From assembly GCA_041946735.1 (NCBI GenBank), contig JBHGAY010000001.1, positions 32,001 to 96,000 on the forward strand: DNA of 64,000 nt, given 5' to 3'. The DNA comes from Candidatus Eiseniibacteriota bacterium (GTDB taxonomy: Bacteria > Eisenbacteria > RBG-16-71-46 > CAIMUX01 > VGJL01). Both the position numbers and the translations under genes were made by a program. Position 1 is the stretch's first letter; each line of letters starts with the position of its first letter. The notes under the pieces are model-generated. The model saw only the letters and a list, made by a program, of their open reading frames with translations. It was not told the origin of the DNA and ran no database searches. Of this stretch, positions 1-8,773 are shown piece after piece.

Positions 1-1872
1 ATCCTCGGCGCCGTGGGCCTCGGCGGCCGGATCCACTTCCCCGGTCAGATGCAGGCGCAGCTCGCCCTCTCGTCCATCGTCTATTTCTATGGCGGCTGGC
101 CGTTCCTGCGCGGCATCGCGGGCGAGCTGCGGCGCGTCCGCCCCGGGATGATGACCCTGATCGCCGTCGCGATCAGCAGCGCCTACCTCTACAGCGCGGC
201 GGTCGCGCTCGGGCTGCCCGGCAAGGACTTCTTCTGGGAGCTGGTGACGCTGATCGACGTCATGCTCCTCGGCCACTGGATCGAGATGCGCTCGGTCCTC
301 GGCGCATCCGCGGCGCTGCAGAGCCTCGCCGCTCTCCTTCCCGCCGAGGCGCACCGGATCGGGCCCGGCGGCGTCGACGACGTCCCGCTCGCCGAGATCC
401 ACCCGGGCGACCGGCTCCTCGTCAAGCCGGGCGAGAAGATTCCCGTGGACGGAGCCGTCGTCGAGGGATCGAGCTGGATGAACGAGGCGATGCTGACGGG
501 CGAGAGCCGCCCGGTGGAGAAGTCCGCGGGCAGTCCCGTCATGGGAGGATCGATCAACGGCGACGGGTCGGTCACGATCGAGGTGTCGCGCACCGGGGAG
601 CAGACCTATCTCGCGCAGGTGATGGAGCTGGTGCGGCGCGCGCAGGAGAGCCGCTCGCGCACGCAGGATCTCGCGAATCGCGCGGCGATGTGGCTCACGA
701 TCGTCGCGCTATCGGCCGGCGCGATCACCCTCGCCGCATGGCTTGCGGCGGGCCGGCCGTTCGTCTTCTCGCTCGAGCGGATGGTGACCGTCATCGTGAT
801 CGCGTGCCCCCACGCCCTCGGGCTCGCCGTGCCGCTCGTCGTCGCGGTGTCGACAGCGATCTCCGCCCGCAACGGCCTCTTGATCCGCGATCGCTCCGCG
901 TTCGAGCGGGCGCGCGAGGTCGGCGCGGTCCTCTTCGACAAGACCGGCACGCTCACCGAGGGACGCTTCGGCGTCACGGACATCGTCGGCTTCGACCACC
1001 GGTCCGATCCGGACCTTCTCCGTCTCGCGGCGTCGATCGAGAGCCGGTCCGAGCATCCGATCGCGGCCGGCATCGTCGAGGAGGCGCGGCGGCGCGGTCT
1101 CTCGATCCCGGAGCCGGCGGAGTTCCGCGCGCTCCCGGGGCGCGGCGCCGAGGGAGTCGTGGAGGGGACGGCGACGGCGGTCGTCGGCCCCGGCTGGCTT
1201 CGCGAGCGCGCGAAGGACCGCGAGCTGGAGCGGGCGGCGCCGCTCGCCGCCGCGAGCAAGACGCTCGCTTTCGTCGTCGTCGCAGAGCAGCCGGTCGGGG
1301 TGCTCGCGCTCGCCGATCGGGTGCGCGAGGAGTCGCGGGAGGCGATCGCGCAGCTGAAGGCGATGGGGGTGCGCGTGATGATGTTGACGGGCGACTCCGC
1401 GGCGGTCGCGCGCTCGGTCGCCGCGGAGCTGGGCGTCGACGAGGTCTTCGCCGAGGTGTTGCCGGCCGAGAAGGCTTCGAAGGTGCGCGAGGTGCAGCAG
1501 CGCGGACTGGTCGTCGCGATGACCGGCGACGGGGTCAACGACGCGCCGGCACTCACGCAAGCCGACGTCGGGATCGCGATCGGCGCCGGCACGGACGTCG
1601 CGATCGAGTCGGCCGACGTCGTGCTCGTCCGCTCCGATCCGCGCGACGTTCCGGCGATCCTCCAGCTCGCCCGCGCGACGCACCGCAAGATGGCGCAGAA
1701 CCTTCTCTGGGCGACCGGCTACAACGTCGTCGCCCTTCCTCTGGCCGCCGGAGTCCTGTACGGCGAAGGGATCGTGCTCTCGCCCGCGATCGGGGCGGCG
1801 CTGATGGCGCTGTCGACCGTCATCGTCGCCGTGAACGCCCGTCTCCTGCGCTTCCGGCGATCCGCCGCCTGA
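1..1872 (+). CDS. copB: Copper-transporting P1B-type ATPase (CopB/P1B-3 type), 5' end outside window
   Basis: TGES actuator motif, CPH intramembrane motif, DKTGTLT phosphorylation site, HP motif, GDGVNDAP, YN and MALSTVIV C-terminal motifs of P1B-3 ATPases; frame open from window start. Confidence 0.9.
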   Translation: MLGAVGLGGRIHFPGQMQAQLALSSIVYFYGGWPFLRGIAGELRRVRPGMMTLIAVAISSAYLYSAAVALGLPGKDFFWELVTLIDVMLLGHWIEMRSVLGASAALQSLAALLPAEAHRIGPGGVDDVPLAEIHPGDRLLVKPGEKIPVDGAVVEGSSWMNEAMLTGESRPVEKSAGSPVMGGSINGDGSVTIEVSRTGEQTYLAQVMELVRRAQESRSRTQDLANRAAMWLTIVALSAGAITLAAWLAAGRPFVFSLERMVTVIVIACPHALGLAVPLVVAVSTAISARNGLLIRDRSAFERAREVGAVLFDKTGTLTEGRFGVTDIVGFDHRSDPDLLRLAASIESRSEHPIAAGIVEEARRRGLSIPEPAEFRALPGRGAEGVVEGTATAVVGPGWLRERAKDRELERAAPLAAASKTLAFVVVAEQPVGVLALADRVREESREAIAQLKAMGVRVMMLTGDSAAVARSVAAELGVDEVFAEVLPAEKASKVREVQQRGLVVAMTGDGVNDAPALTQADVGIAIGAGTDVAIESADVVLVRSDPRDVPAILQLARATHRKMAQNLLWATGYNVVALPLAAGVLYGEGIVLSPAIGAALMALSTVIVAVNARLLRFRRSAA

Positions 1873-2069
1873 CTGCGCGCTTGCGGACCTGCCCGCCCGA
1901 GCGGGCTCGATCCCCGGTCGAGCCGGACGATCCCCGGTTGCCGGTATCACCGGCCGCGCCGGACGCGACCGTCCTTTGGCCGCCAGCGTCCCAGCGACAG
2001 AAGCGGGTTCCGCGCCCCCCTTCCGGCGCCATCGGTGTCCATGACTCTCGAGCTTGTGGAGGAACTCCC

Positions 2070-3503
2070 GTGAGAAGCGTTGCGCGCCTCGTCCTCGCTC
2101 CTGGCCTCGCTCCCGCCCTTGCTCCTGTCCTCGCTCCCGTCCTTGCTCTCGCTCTCTGCTCGATCCTCGCCGCCCCCTGCCTCTCGCAGCCTGCCTTTAC
2201 GCCGCTCGGATTTCTCGATGGCGACTTCGGTCCTTCGATCGCGTTCGGCGTCTCGCCCGACGGCTCGACCGTCGTCGGAGAGTCGAACTCCAGCCAGGGG
2301 ATCCAGGCGTTCCGCTGGCGCCGCGCGGAAGGGATGATCGGCTTGGGCGACATCCCAGGCGGACCGTTCGCGAGTTTCGCCTACGCGTGCTCGGCCGACG
2401 GCTCCATCGTCGTCGGGGCAAGCGACGACGCGACGTCGGGTGAAGAGGGCACCCCGTTCCGCTGGACCGAGGAGACGGGAATGGTCCCGCTCGGCACCCT
2501 CGGCGGCCCGACGTCCTACGGGCAGGCCGACGCGATCACACCCGACGGCTCCGTGATCGTCGGCGCGAGCCAGGCTCCCGACGGCATCTTCGCGTTCCGC
2601 TGGACGGAGCAGACGGGGATGGCAAGCCTCGGCGACTTCGCGGGCGGACCAGCGCTGAGCCGCGCCGCCGGGGTCGACGCGGCCGGCCAGTTGGTCGTCG
2701 GCACAGGCTCGAAGATCTCCGGCTACGACCAGGCATTCCGCTGGACGTCCGGCGGAGGCATGGTGGCGCTCGGCTCGAACAACTTCGCCACCGCTGTGAC
2801 TCCCGACGGGACGGTGATCGTCGGCTCGGACTTCCAGGGCGTCTATCGCTGGACGCAGCAGACCGGATTCGTGCATCTCGGCAGGCTCTACGGCAACCTC
2901 GGCATCGATCGTGCGGGGGCGGTCAGCGCGGACGGATCGGTGATCGTCGGGCTCGCGAACTACGACGCGACGCTCGGAACCGGCGCCGCCTTCGTCTGGG
3001 ACTCGGGCCACGGCATGCGCGATCTCAACCTGGTGCTGGCGAACGACTACGGTCTCGACCTGCAGGGGCTCTACCTGCTCTGGGCGCTCGGAATCTCTGC
3101 GGACGGGAAGGTGATCTCCGGCTATGGCTTCAACCCCGGCGGCGAGCAGGAGGCGTGGGTGGCCGACCTGCGCGAGTCGACCGGCGTCGCGAACGGCGGC
3201 CCGTTCGGAGTGGACGCCGCCGCTAGGCCGCACCTGACGTGGAGCCGGCCGAACCCGTTCACCTCCTCGACGACGATCGCGTTCCGGCTGCCGCGCGAGA
3301 CGCCGGTGTCCCTCCGCATCTTCGACAGCGCCGGGCGCCTCGTGAGGACGCTGCTCGACGGGGAGTCGCTCCAGCCGGGCGTGCACGCAAGCACGTGGGA
3401 CGGAAGCGGCACGGATGGGCGGACCGTGCCGGCCGGCACCTACTTCTACCGGCTGGAAGCGGACGGCCGGATCGAGACGGGCAAAACGATCGCCGTGCGC
3501 TGA
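2070..3503 (+). CDS. Secreted HAF-repeat beta-propeller protein with C-terminal FlgD-Ig/T9SS-like domain
   Basis: GTG at 2070 after GGAGGA; signal peptide; repeats of (V/I)S(P/A)DGSxxVG...AFRWT..GM..LG; C-terminus PNPF..TTIAFRLP..VSLRIFDSAGRLVRTL..WDG..GTYFYRL. ORF-track start 690 is a frame extension overlapping copB. Confidence 0.82.
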   Translation: MRSVARLVLAPGLAPALAPVLAPVLALALCSILAAPCLSQPAFTPLGFLDGDFGPSIAFGVSPDGSTVVGESNSSQGIQAFRWRRAEGMIGLGDIPGGPFASFAYACSADGSIVVGASDDATSGEEGTPFRWTEETGMVPLGTLGGPTSYGQADAITPDGSVIVGASQAPDGIFAFRWTEQTGMASLGDFAGGPALSRAAGVDAAGQLVVGTGSKISGYDQAFRWTSGGGMVALGSNNFATAVTPDGTVIVGSDFQGVYRWTQQTGFVHLGRLYGNLGIDRAGAVSADGSVIVGLANYDATLGTGAAFVWDSGHGMRDLNLVLANDYGLDLQGLYLLWALGISADGKVISGYGFNPGGEQEAWVADLRESTGVANGGPFGVDAAARPHLTWSRPNPFTSSTTIAFRLPRETPVSLRIFDSAGRLVRTLLDGESLQPGVHASTWDGSGTDGRTVPAGTYFYRLEADGRIETGKTIAVR

Positions 3504-3514
3504 GGACCGGGCAT

Positions 3515-4273
3515 CTAGGAACGGATGCGGGAAGAGCCGCGAAGTTCAGGCGCGGCGGAGCCGCGCCAACTCTCCAGCAGCCGGGCGGCGAGAGCCGGGC
3601 CGGCCCCCGCTTCCTCGTGCTTGAAGAAGACGAAGGCCTGGTTCCATGCCTGCGTCGCGATCCGTTCGCACCACGCCTCGAGGTCCCGCTCGTCGTAGTC
3701 GGGACGGCGCAGCCGCAGGTACCCCCAGGTGGAGGTCGCGGTGAAGGGGATCTCCAGCCCCTCCTCGCCGCCGTCGACGAAGCAGAGCGAAACTCCGTGG
3801 GACGATAGCAGGTCGAGGACGTCCGGCTCGAACCAGCTCGCGTGGCGGAACTCGAACGCCACCGGAGGAGCGGGGGTCGCGCGGGTGGCGAGGTGGTCGA
3901 GGAACGACTCGAGCCGTTCGCGATCCTTCGGAAGGTTTGGCGGCAGCTGGAACAGGATGGCTCCAAGCTTTTCGCCGAGGCAGGCCGCGGTCGCGAGGAG
4001 GTAATCCGTCTCGTCCTGCGCGCCCTTCAGGCGCTTGAAGTGCGTGATGCGCCGCGACGCCTTCAGGGTGAAGCGGAAGCGGTCGGGAACCTCCTGCGCC
4101 CATGCCTCCAGCACGCTGCGGCGCGGCAGGCGGTAGAAGGTGTTGTCGATCTCGACGGCCGGGAGCCTCTCGCCGAAGTAGCGGAGCATCTTCGCCGCGG
4201 GGAGGTCGCCCGGATAGAAGCTCCCCTTCCATTCCTTGTAGCCGTAGCCGCTCGTGCCGACCCAGAGGTCCAT
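3515..4273 (-). CDS. DUF72 (YecE-like) protein
   Basis: N-terminus MDLWVGTSGY.YKEWKGSFYP, VEIDNTFYRLP, FRFTLKASRRITH, LFQLPP, AFEFRHASW, YLRLR; ATG at 4273. Confidence 0.88.
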   Translation of the reverse strand: MDLWVGTSGYGYKEWKGSFYPGDLPAAKMLRYFGERLPAVEIDNTFYRLPRRSVLEAWAQEVPDRFRFTLKASRRITHFKRLKGAQDETDYLLATAACLGEKLGAILFQLPPNLPKDRERLESFLDHLATRATPAPPVAFEFRHASWFEPDVLDLLSSHGVSLCFVDGGEEGLEIPFTATSTWGYLRLRRPDYDERDLEAWCERIATQAWNQAFVFFKHEEAGAGPALAARLLESWRGSAAPELRGSSRIRS

Positions 4274-4441
4274 CGTCGTCCTCGAGGTCTCGCCCGTCTC
4301 CCGGGGCGGACCGATGCATGTCGGTGGACGATCGGCGGCCGCGAGGAGACCCATGAGGCTAGCGGGTCCCCCTCGCCTTCCTCCACCTCGAACGGGTAGC
4401 ATGGTCCGTCCGCCGGGACCGGGGCCCCGGGGCGGAGGAGC

Positions 4442-6163
4442 ATGAGCAGCGCGCAGAACGACCCGTCCACCGCGGCCGCCTCTCCCGCGGCGATCGCCGC
4501 CGCGCCGCAATCGCCGGAATCGGCGCAGGCCGCCGCCGGCGCCCCTCGCGTGCGAACGATCCTCGGCATCCATCCGCTGAAGCTCGTCTTCGCGCTCGAG
4601 TACGTGCTGCAGGGACTCGCGAATCCGTTCCAGGGGATCACCTATCAGCCGTTCTTCCGGCACTTCCGCTTCGACTACGGAATGAGCGAGGCGGCGACCC
4701 AGGGGCTCTTCGCGAAGTCGTATCTCGCCTGGAGCTTCAAGCCACTCCTCGGCTTCCTCATCGATGCCTACGGCCGGACGAAGACGATCCTGATCGGTCT
4801 CTTGTCCGCCGCGATCCTCGGCTACGTGCTCACCCCGCTCCTCGACAAGACCGCGATGATGTTCTTCTGGTTCATGTTCGGGTTGTCGATCATCCTCGCC
4901 GCGACCGACGTCTCGGTCGACCGCGCGACGGTGATCGCGGGGGACGAGGAAGCGAGGGCGACCGGAAGATCGAAGTCGACGACGGTCGGACTCAACCAGG
5001 CGATCTGCTGGACCGCGATCTACGGGACCGGGATTCTCGCCGCCGTGCTTGGCGGCTACTTCTCGGAGCACGTGCCGTTCGACGGGCTGATGGTCGGGCT
5101 CGCCCTCGTGCCGCTGCTGGTCCTCGCGGTCGTCCTCCTGCTTCCGCGCGACCGCGCGAATCCGATCCCGCTCAAGCGGTCGGTCCTGGGCTTCTGGACC
5201 GGCCTGAACTCGGGACCGATCCTGGGCGTCATGCTCTTCTACTTCATCTTCCACTTCCAGCCCGCGATGGGAGCGCTCTGGAACAACTATCTGATCGAGA
5301 CGCTCGGCTTCACCCAGACGCAGATCGGAATCTCCGACGGCGTGACCTATGTCGGCTACTTCGCGGGGGTGCTGCTGTTCGCCTGGAAAGGGGTGCGGTG
5401 GCAGGATCGCTTCGGGCTGCGGAAGATGTTCCGGATCTACATCCTCGTGAGCATCGGGATCAACCTGACGCAGTACGTGATGGTCGATCCCTGGTTCAGC
5501 ACGATCGCCGGGGGCGTCCATCGGGTCCTGCCGTTCTGGAGCGAAGCGACGACGAGGCTGCTGACGCTCGCCGTCTACAACGGGCTGATGGCGATCGGCA
5601 TCGCGTCGATCCGCATGAGCACCTACTCGCTGGTCGGCGCGATCATCCCGGTCGCCGCGGCGGGAAGCCTCTTCGCCGGATTCATGTCGGTGGCGAACCT
5701 CGCCTACTCGTTCTGCTATTCGAGCGGCGCGTGGCTCTACGACCATGGAATGCGCTTGGGAGCGCTGCGCGGACTCCAGGCGACGCTGTTCGGTCTGCCG
5801 GGCAGCGCGGCCGATCACCTCTCCGTGAACATGCTGATCCTGGTGGGCTCCCTCGCCTACCTGCTGAGCTTCGTCACCGTCCATCTGCTGCCCGACCGCA
5901 AGCAGACGCTGGCGACGGCAGACGAGGAGGAGCGCTACCCGGGTCCGGAGCGCTGGGACGTGCTTCCGGCCGGTCCACGCCGCGCGATCGACGCCGGGAC
6001 GATCGTGGCCGGCGCCGCCACCTTCCTGATCGCCTGGCGCTGGGCGAACCTCGACTTCATCTCGGGGGTGATGGTCAGCTTCTTCGGCTTCACGCTGATC
6101 CGGAAGGTGATCCTCGACACGCTGCTCCGATCGGGCGCGGGAGGAATGCGGACGGCCGGATAG
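4442..6163 (+). CDS. MFS transporter, folate-biopterin (BT1/FBT)-like
   Basis: GGAGGAG RBS; about 14 hydrophobic segments; (A)WSFKPLLGFLIDAY and ATDVSVD motifs resemble the BT1 family. Confidence 0.7.
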   Translation: MSSAQNDPSTAAASPAAIAAAPQSPESAQAAAGAPRVRTILGIHPLKLVFALEYVLQGLANPFQGITYQPFFRHFRFDYGMSEAATQGLFAKSYLAWSFKPLLGFLIDAYGRTKTILIGLLSAAILGYVLTPLLDKTAMMFFWFMFGLSIILAATDVSVDRATVIAGDEEARATGRSKSTTVGLNQAICWTAIYGTGILAAVLGGYFSEHVPFDGLMVGLALVPLLVLAVVLLLPRDRANPIPLKRSVLGFWTGLNSGPILGVMLFYFIFHFQPAMGALWNNYLIETLGFTQTQIGISDGVTYVGYFAGVLLFAWKGVRWQDRFGLRKMFRIYILVSIGINLTQYVMVDPWFSTIAGGVHRVLPFWSEATTRLLTLAVYNGLMAIGIASIRMSTYSLVGAIIPVAAAGSLFAGFMSVANLAYSFCYSSGAWLYDHGMRLGALRGLQATLFGLPGSAADHLSVNMLILVGSLAYLLSFVTVHLLPDRKQTLATADEEERYPGPERWDVLPAGPRRAIDAGTIVAGAATFLIAWRWANLDFISGVMVSFFGFTLIRKVILDTLLRSGAGGMRTAG

Positions 6164-6181
6164 TCGGGACGGCGGAATGGC

Positions 6182-8743
6182 CTAGAGAGCAGCGAGCTTC
6201 TCGCGCACCTCCGCCGCCTCCGGCCGGTCGGGATAGAGCGCGAGGAACCGGCCCCACATCGAACGGCATCGCTCGCGATCGCCGGAGGAGAAGGCGAGCC
6301 CGCCGAGGTTCAGGAGGGCGAGCGGGTGGTCGGCCCTCTCCTCGAGGAGCATCTGCCAGATCGCCGCCGCCGCGTCGCCACCTGTTTCGCCCGCGCCGAC
6401 TTCGCCACCGTCTTCAGCGCCGCCTGCGCCGCCGTCTGCCACGCCGCCTCCACTGCCGTCTCCCGAGCCTCCCGCCTGCAGGATGCGCACCGCCTGATGG
6501 TTCAGATCCTCGGGCGTGAGCTGCCCGGCGCGCAGCAGACCGCGCCAGAGCGGAAGGCCGCGCGATGCCCGCCCGGTCGCGGCGAAGAACGACGCGAGGT
6601 CGCGGGCGATCGCGGCCGCGGCTGGCGAAGCGCGGAGCGCCTGCTCGGGCGCCGGGGGGGACGGCGACAGCGACGGCGACAGCGACGACGACAGCGAGGA
6701 CGACAGCAGTCGCACTGCCGGCTCGTACGTCTCGCGATCCTCCGTCATCGCCTCCCACGCCCGCGTCGCTTCCGGCAGCTCGTCGAGCCGGAGAAGCTCC
6801 TCGAGTCGGAGGCGTCGGACCTCGGCGAGCCGCTCGGTCCCTGCCTGTTCCAACGCGGCGTGCATGCCTGCCGCAAGGCGCAGCGCCTCCTCGCGCCGCT
6901 GCCAAGCGAGGCCCGACCGCAAGTCGATCGCGGCCTCGTGGAGCGAGCGCGCCCGGTCGAGGATCCCGGCGCTCGTCGTCCCTCCGCGCGCGAGGGTGTC
7001 CCGGTAAAGGACGACCGCCTCCCCTTCCTCGCCGCGGCGCAGGAGCATGTCGGCCAGGCTCAGCCGCGCTTCGTCCGATTCGGGATGGAACGCCATCTCG
7101 CGGCGGTAGGCGGCCTCTGCCGAGTCGGCCCGGCCGCTCAGGTCGAAAAGATTCCCGAGAGTGAGCTGCGCGCCGCGCAGGCGCGGATCGCGGCGAAGCG
7201 CCTCGCCGATCGCGCGCGTCGCCTCGGGAAGGCGTCCCGAGCTTCCGTATTCCGTCGCGAGACTGACCCAGGACTCGACGCGGTCCGGGTCGGCCTCCAC
7301 CTGGCGCGTGAGAAGCGCCTCCTCGGAGACGAGCGGGGCGGCGCGCGCCGGGACGCGGAAGAGCCCGATCAGGGCGAGCAGGAAGACCGCCGCCGGAATC
7401 GCGGGAGCCGGAAGCCTGCGGCGCACCGCGAAGGAGCCCGCGAGCGACTGCGCGCCGGCGGCGACGGCGAGCGCGAAGCCTGCGGACGGGACGTAGAGCC
7501 AGTACTCCGTCACGATCGCCCGGAAGACGAGAGGCGCGAGATGCGATACCGGCAGCAGGCTCACGACGATCCAGCCGAGGCCGAGACCGGCCGCATGCCC
7601 CCGCCGGATCAGCAGGATCGCGCCGGCGATCGTCGCGCCGAGCACAGGCAGTCCCAACAGAACGCGCGGATCGAGAAAAGAGGCGACCGGCGGGAACGAG
7701 ACCTCGAGCGCCAAGGCTCCGGGCAGCAGCAGAGCCTTGGCGTACCAGAGGAAGGCGGCCGGCAGGATCGCGGGCCGCAGCGAGCCGCTCGCCGACCGCG
7801 CCCCCGCCTGCAGATCGGGCAGGCCCAGGATCGCCGCGCGGAAGACCAGCAGGAGAACAGCGGCGGCTGCCGTAGCGGCAAGCTCCGCCCACGGCCAGGC
7901 GGGGACGGCGGCTGGGACCGTGGCGGAGGCGGCGCGGCCCTCCCGCTTCTCGCCCGCGGGCGCCCGCCGCGCCTGCGAGCGCCGCAGCCACGCGTGCAGC
8001 AGGAGCAGCCCCGGCAGCGAGAAGGCCATCTCCTTCGAGAGCAGGGCGAGGACGAACGCGACGAGCCCGACGGCGAGATCCGCCCTCGCCTTCCATCGGC
8101 CGGCAGCCTGGCCCTCCGACGCCCGCGAGGCGGCTCCGGCGTCCATCGACCGGTCGATCGCGACCGAGAGGCGGTCGTAGGCGAGGAGCAGGAAGACGGC
8201 GCAGAGCAGGTCGGTCCGGCCCGAGATCCAGGCGACGCTTGCGACATGGACCGGGTGTGTCGCGAACAAGAGAGCGCCGGCGAGCGCGAACGGCCGGCGG
8301 AGGCCGAGGCGCAAGAGGATCGAGCAGACGAGAAGGCTCGCCAAGGCGTGCAGCAGCAGGTTCGTGGCGTGAAAGGCCCGTGGGCTGCCGCCGCCGATCC
8401 GCGCGTCGAGCGCGTAGGAAAGAGTGACGAGCGGGCGGTAGTAGTCCTTCTCCTCGCCCGGCAGAGCGCCGTACGCGCCCCCCTTCCAGAACGGCGACGT
8501 GAACGCGTCCGCGACGGGGAGGCTGCGCGTGTAGGACGGCAGGCGGTCGACGATCAGATGGCGGTCGTCGCTGACGAACCCGTAGCGAAGCGATCCGCCG
8601 AAGGCGAGCAGGCAGGCCAGGAGGATCGAGCCGGTCGCGATCCAGCGGAACGCTCGCGCCCCTCCGTCGACGGCCGCGCCCGCCCCCTTCCCCGCTTCCC
8701 TCGCTTCTTCAGCCGCCGGCGGGCGGCCCTTCGCCCGTGCCAT
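6182..8743 (-). CDS. TMTC-like GT-C membrane glycosyltransferase with C-terminal TPRs
   Basis: FVSDD acidic loop, YYRPLVTLSYALD, FHATNLLLH, LFATHPVHVASVAWISGRTDLL, ALLSKEMA, EYWLYVPSAG, then TPR helices. Confidence 0.8.
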   Translation of the reverse strand: MARAKGRPPAAEEAREAGKGAGAAVDGGARAFRWIATGSILLACLLAFGGSLRYGFVSDDRHLIVDRLPSYTRSLPVADAFTSPFWKGGAYGALPGEEKDYYRPLVTLSYALDARIGGGSPRAFHATNLLLHALASLLVCSILLRLGLRRPFALAGALLFATHPVHVASVAWISGRTDLLCAVFLLLAYDRLSVAIDRSMDAGAASRASEGQAAGRWKARADLAVGLVAFVLALLSKEMAFSLPGLLLLHAWLRRSQARRAPAGEKREGRAASATVPAAVPAWPWAELAATAAAAVLLLVFRAAILGLPDLQAGARSASGSLRPAILPAAFLWYAKALLLPGALALEVSFPPVASFLDPRVLLGLPVLGATIAGAILLIRRGHAAGLGLGWIVVSLLPVSHLAPLVFRAIVTEYWLYVPSAGFALAVAAGAQSLAGSFAVRRRLPAPAIPAAVFLLALIGLFRVPARAAPLVSEEALLTRQVEADPDRVESWVSLATEYGSSGRLPEATRAIGEALRRDPRLRGAQLTLGNLFDLSGRADSAEAAYRREMAFHPESDEARLSLADMLLRRGEEGEAVVLYRDTLARGGTTSAGILDRARSLHEAAIDLRSGLAWQRREEALRLAAGMHAALEQAGTERLAEVRRLRLEELLRLDELPEATRAWEAMTEDRETYEPAVRLLSSSLSSSLSPSLSPSPPAPEQALRASPAAAAIARDLASFFAATGRASRGLPLWRGLLRAGQLTPEDLNHQAVRILQAGGSGDGSGGGVADGGAGGAEDGGEVGAGETGGDAAAAIWQMLLEERADHPLALLNLGGLAFSSGDRERCRSMWGRFLALYPDRPEAAEVREKLAAL

Positions 8744-8773
8744 CTGTCCGTCCCCTCCGTCCTTCGACGCGCC

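Noticed and set aside
690..2069. Apparent N-terminal fusions in the ORF track (also 3515..5884, 15130..17442, 18368..21100, 21441..23516, 50806..55413, 57811..59235)
   Set aside because: Stop-free frame extensions over neighbouring genes. Real starts are marked by RBS, signal peptides, coupled stop/start codons or family N-termini.
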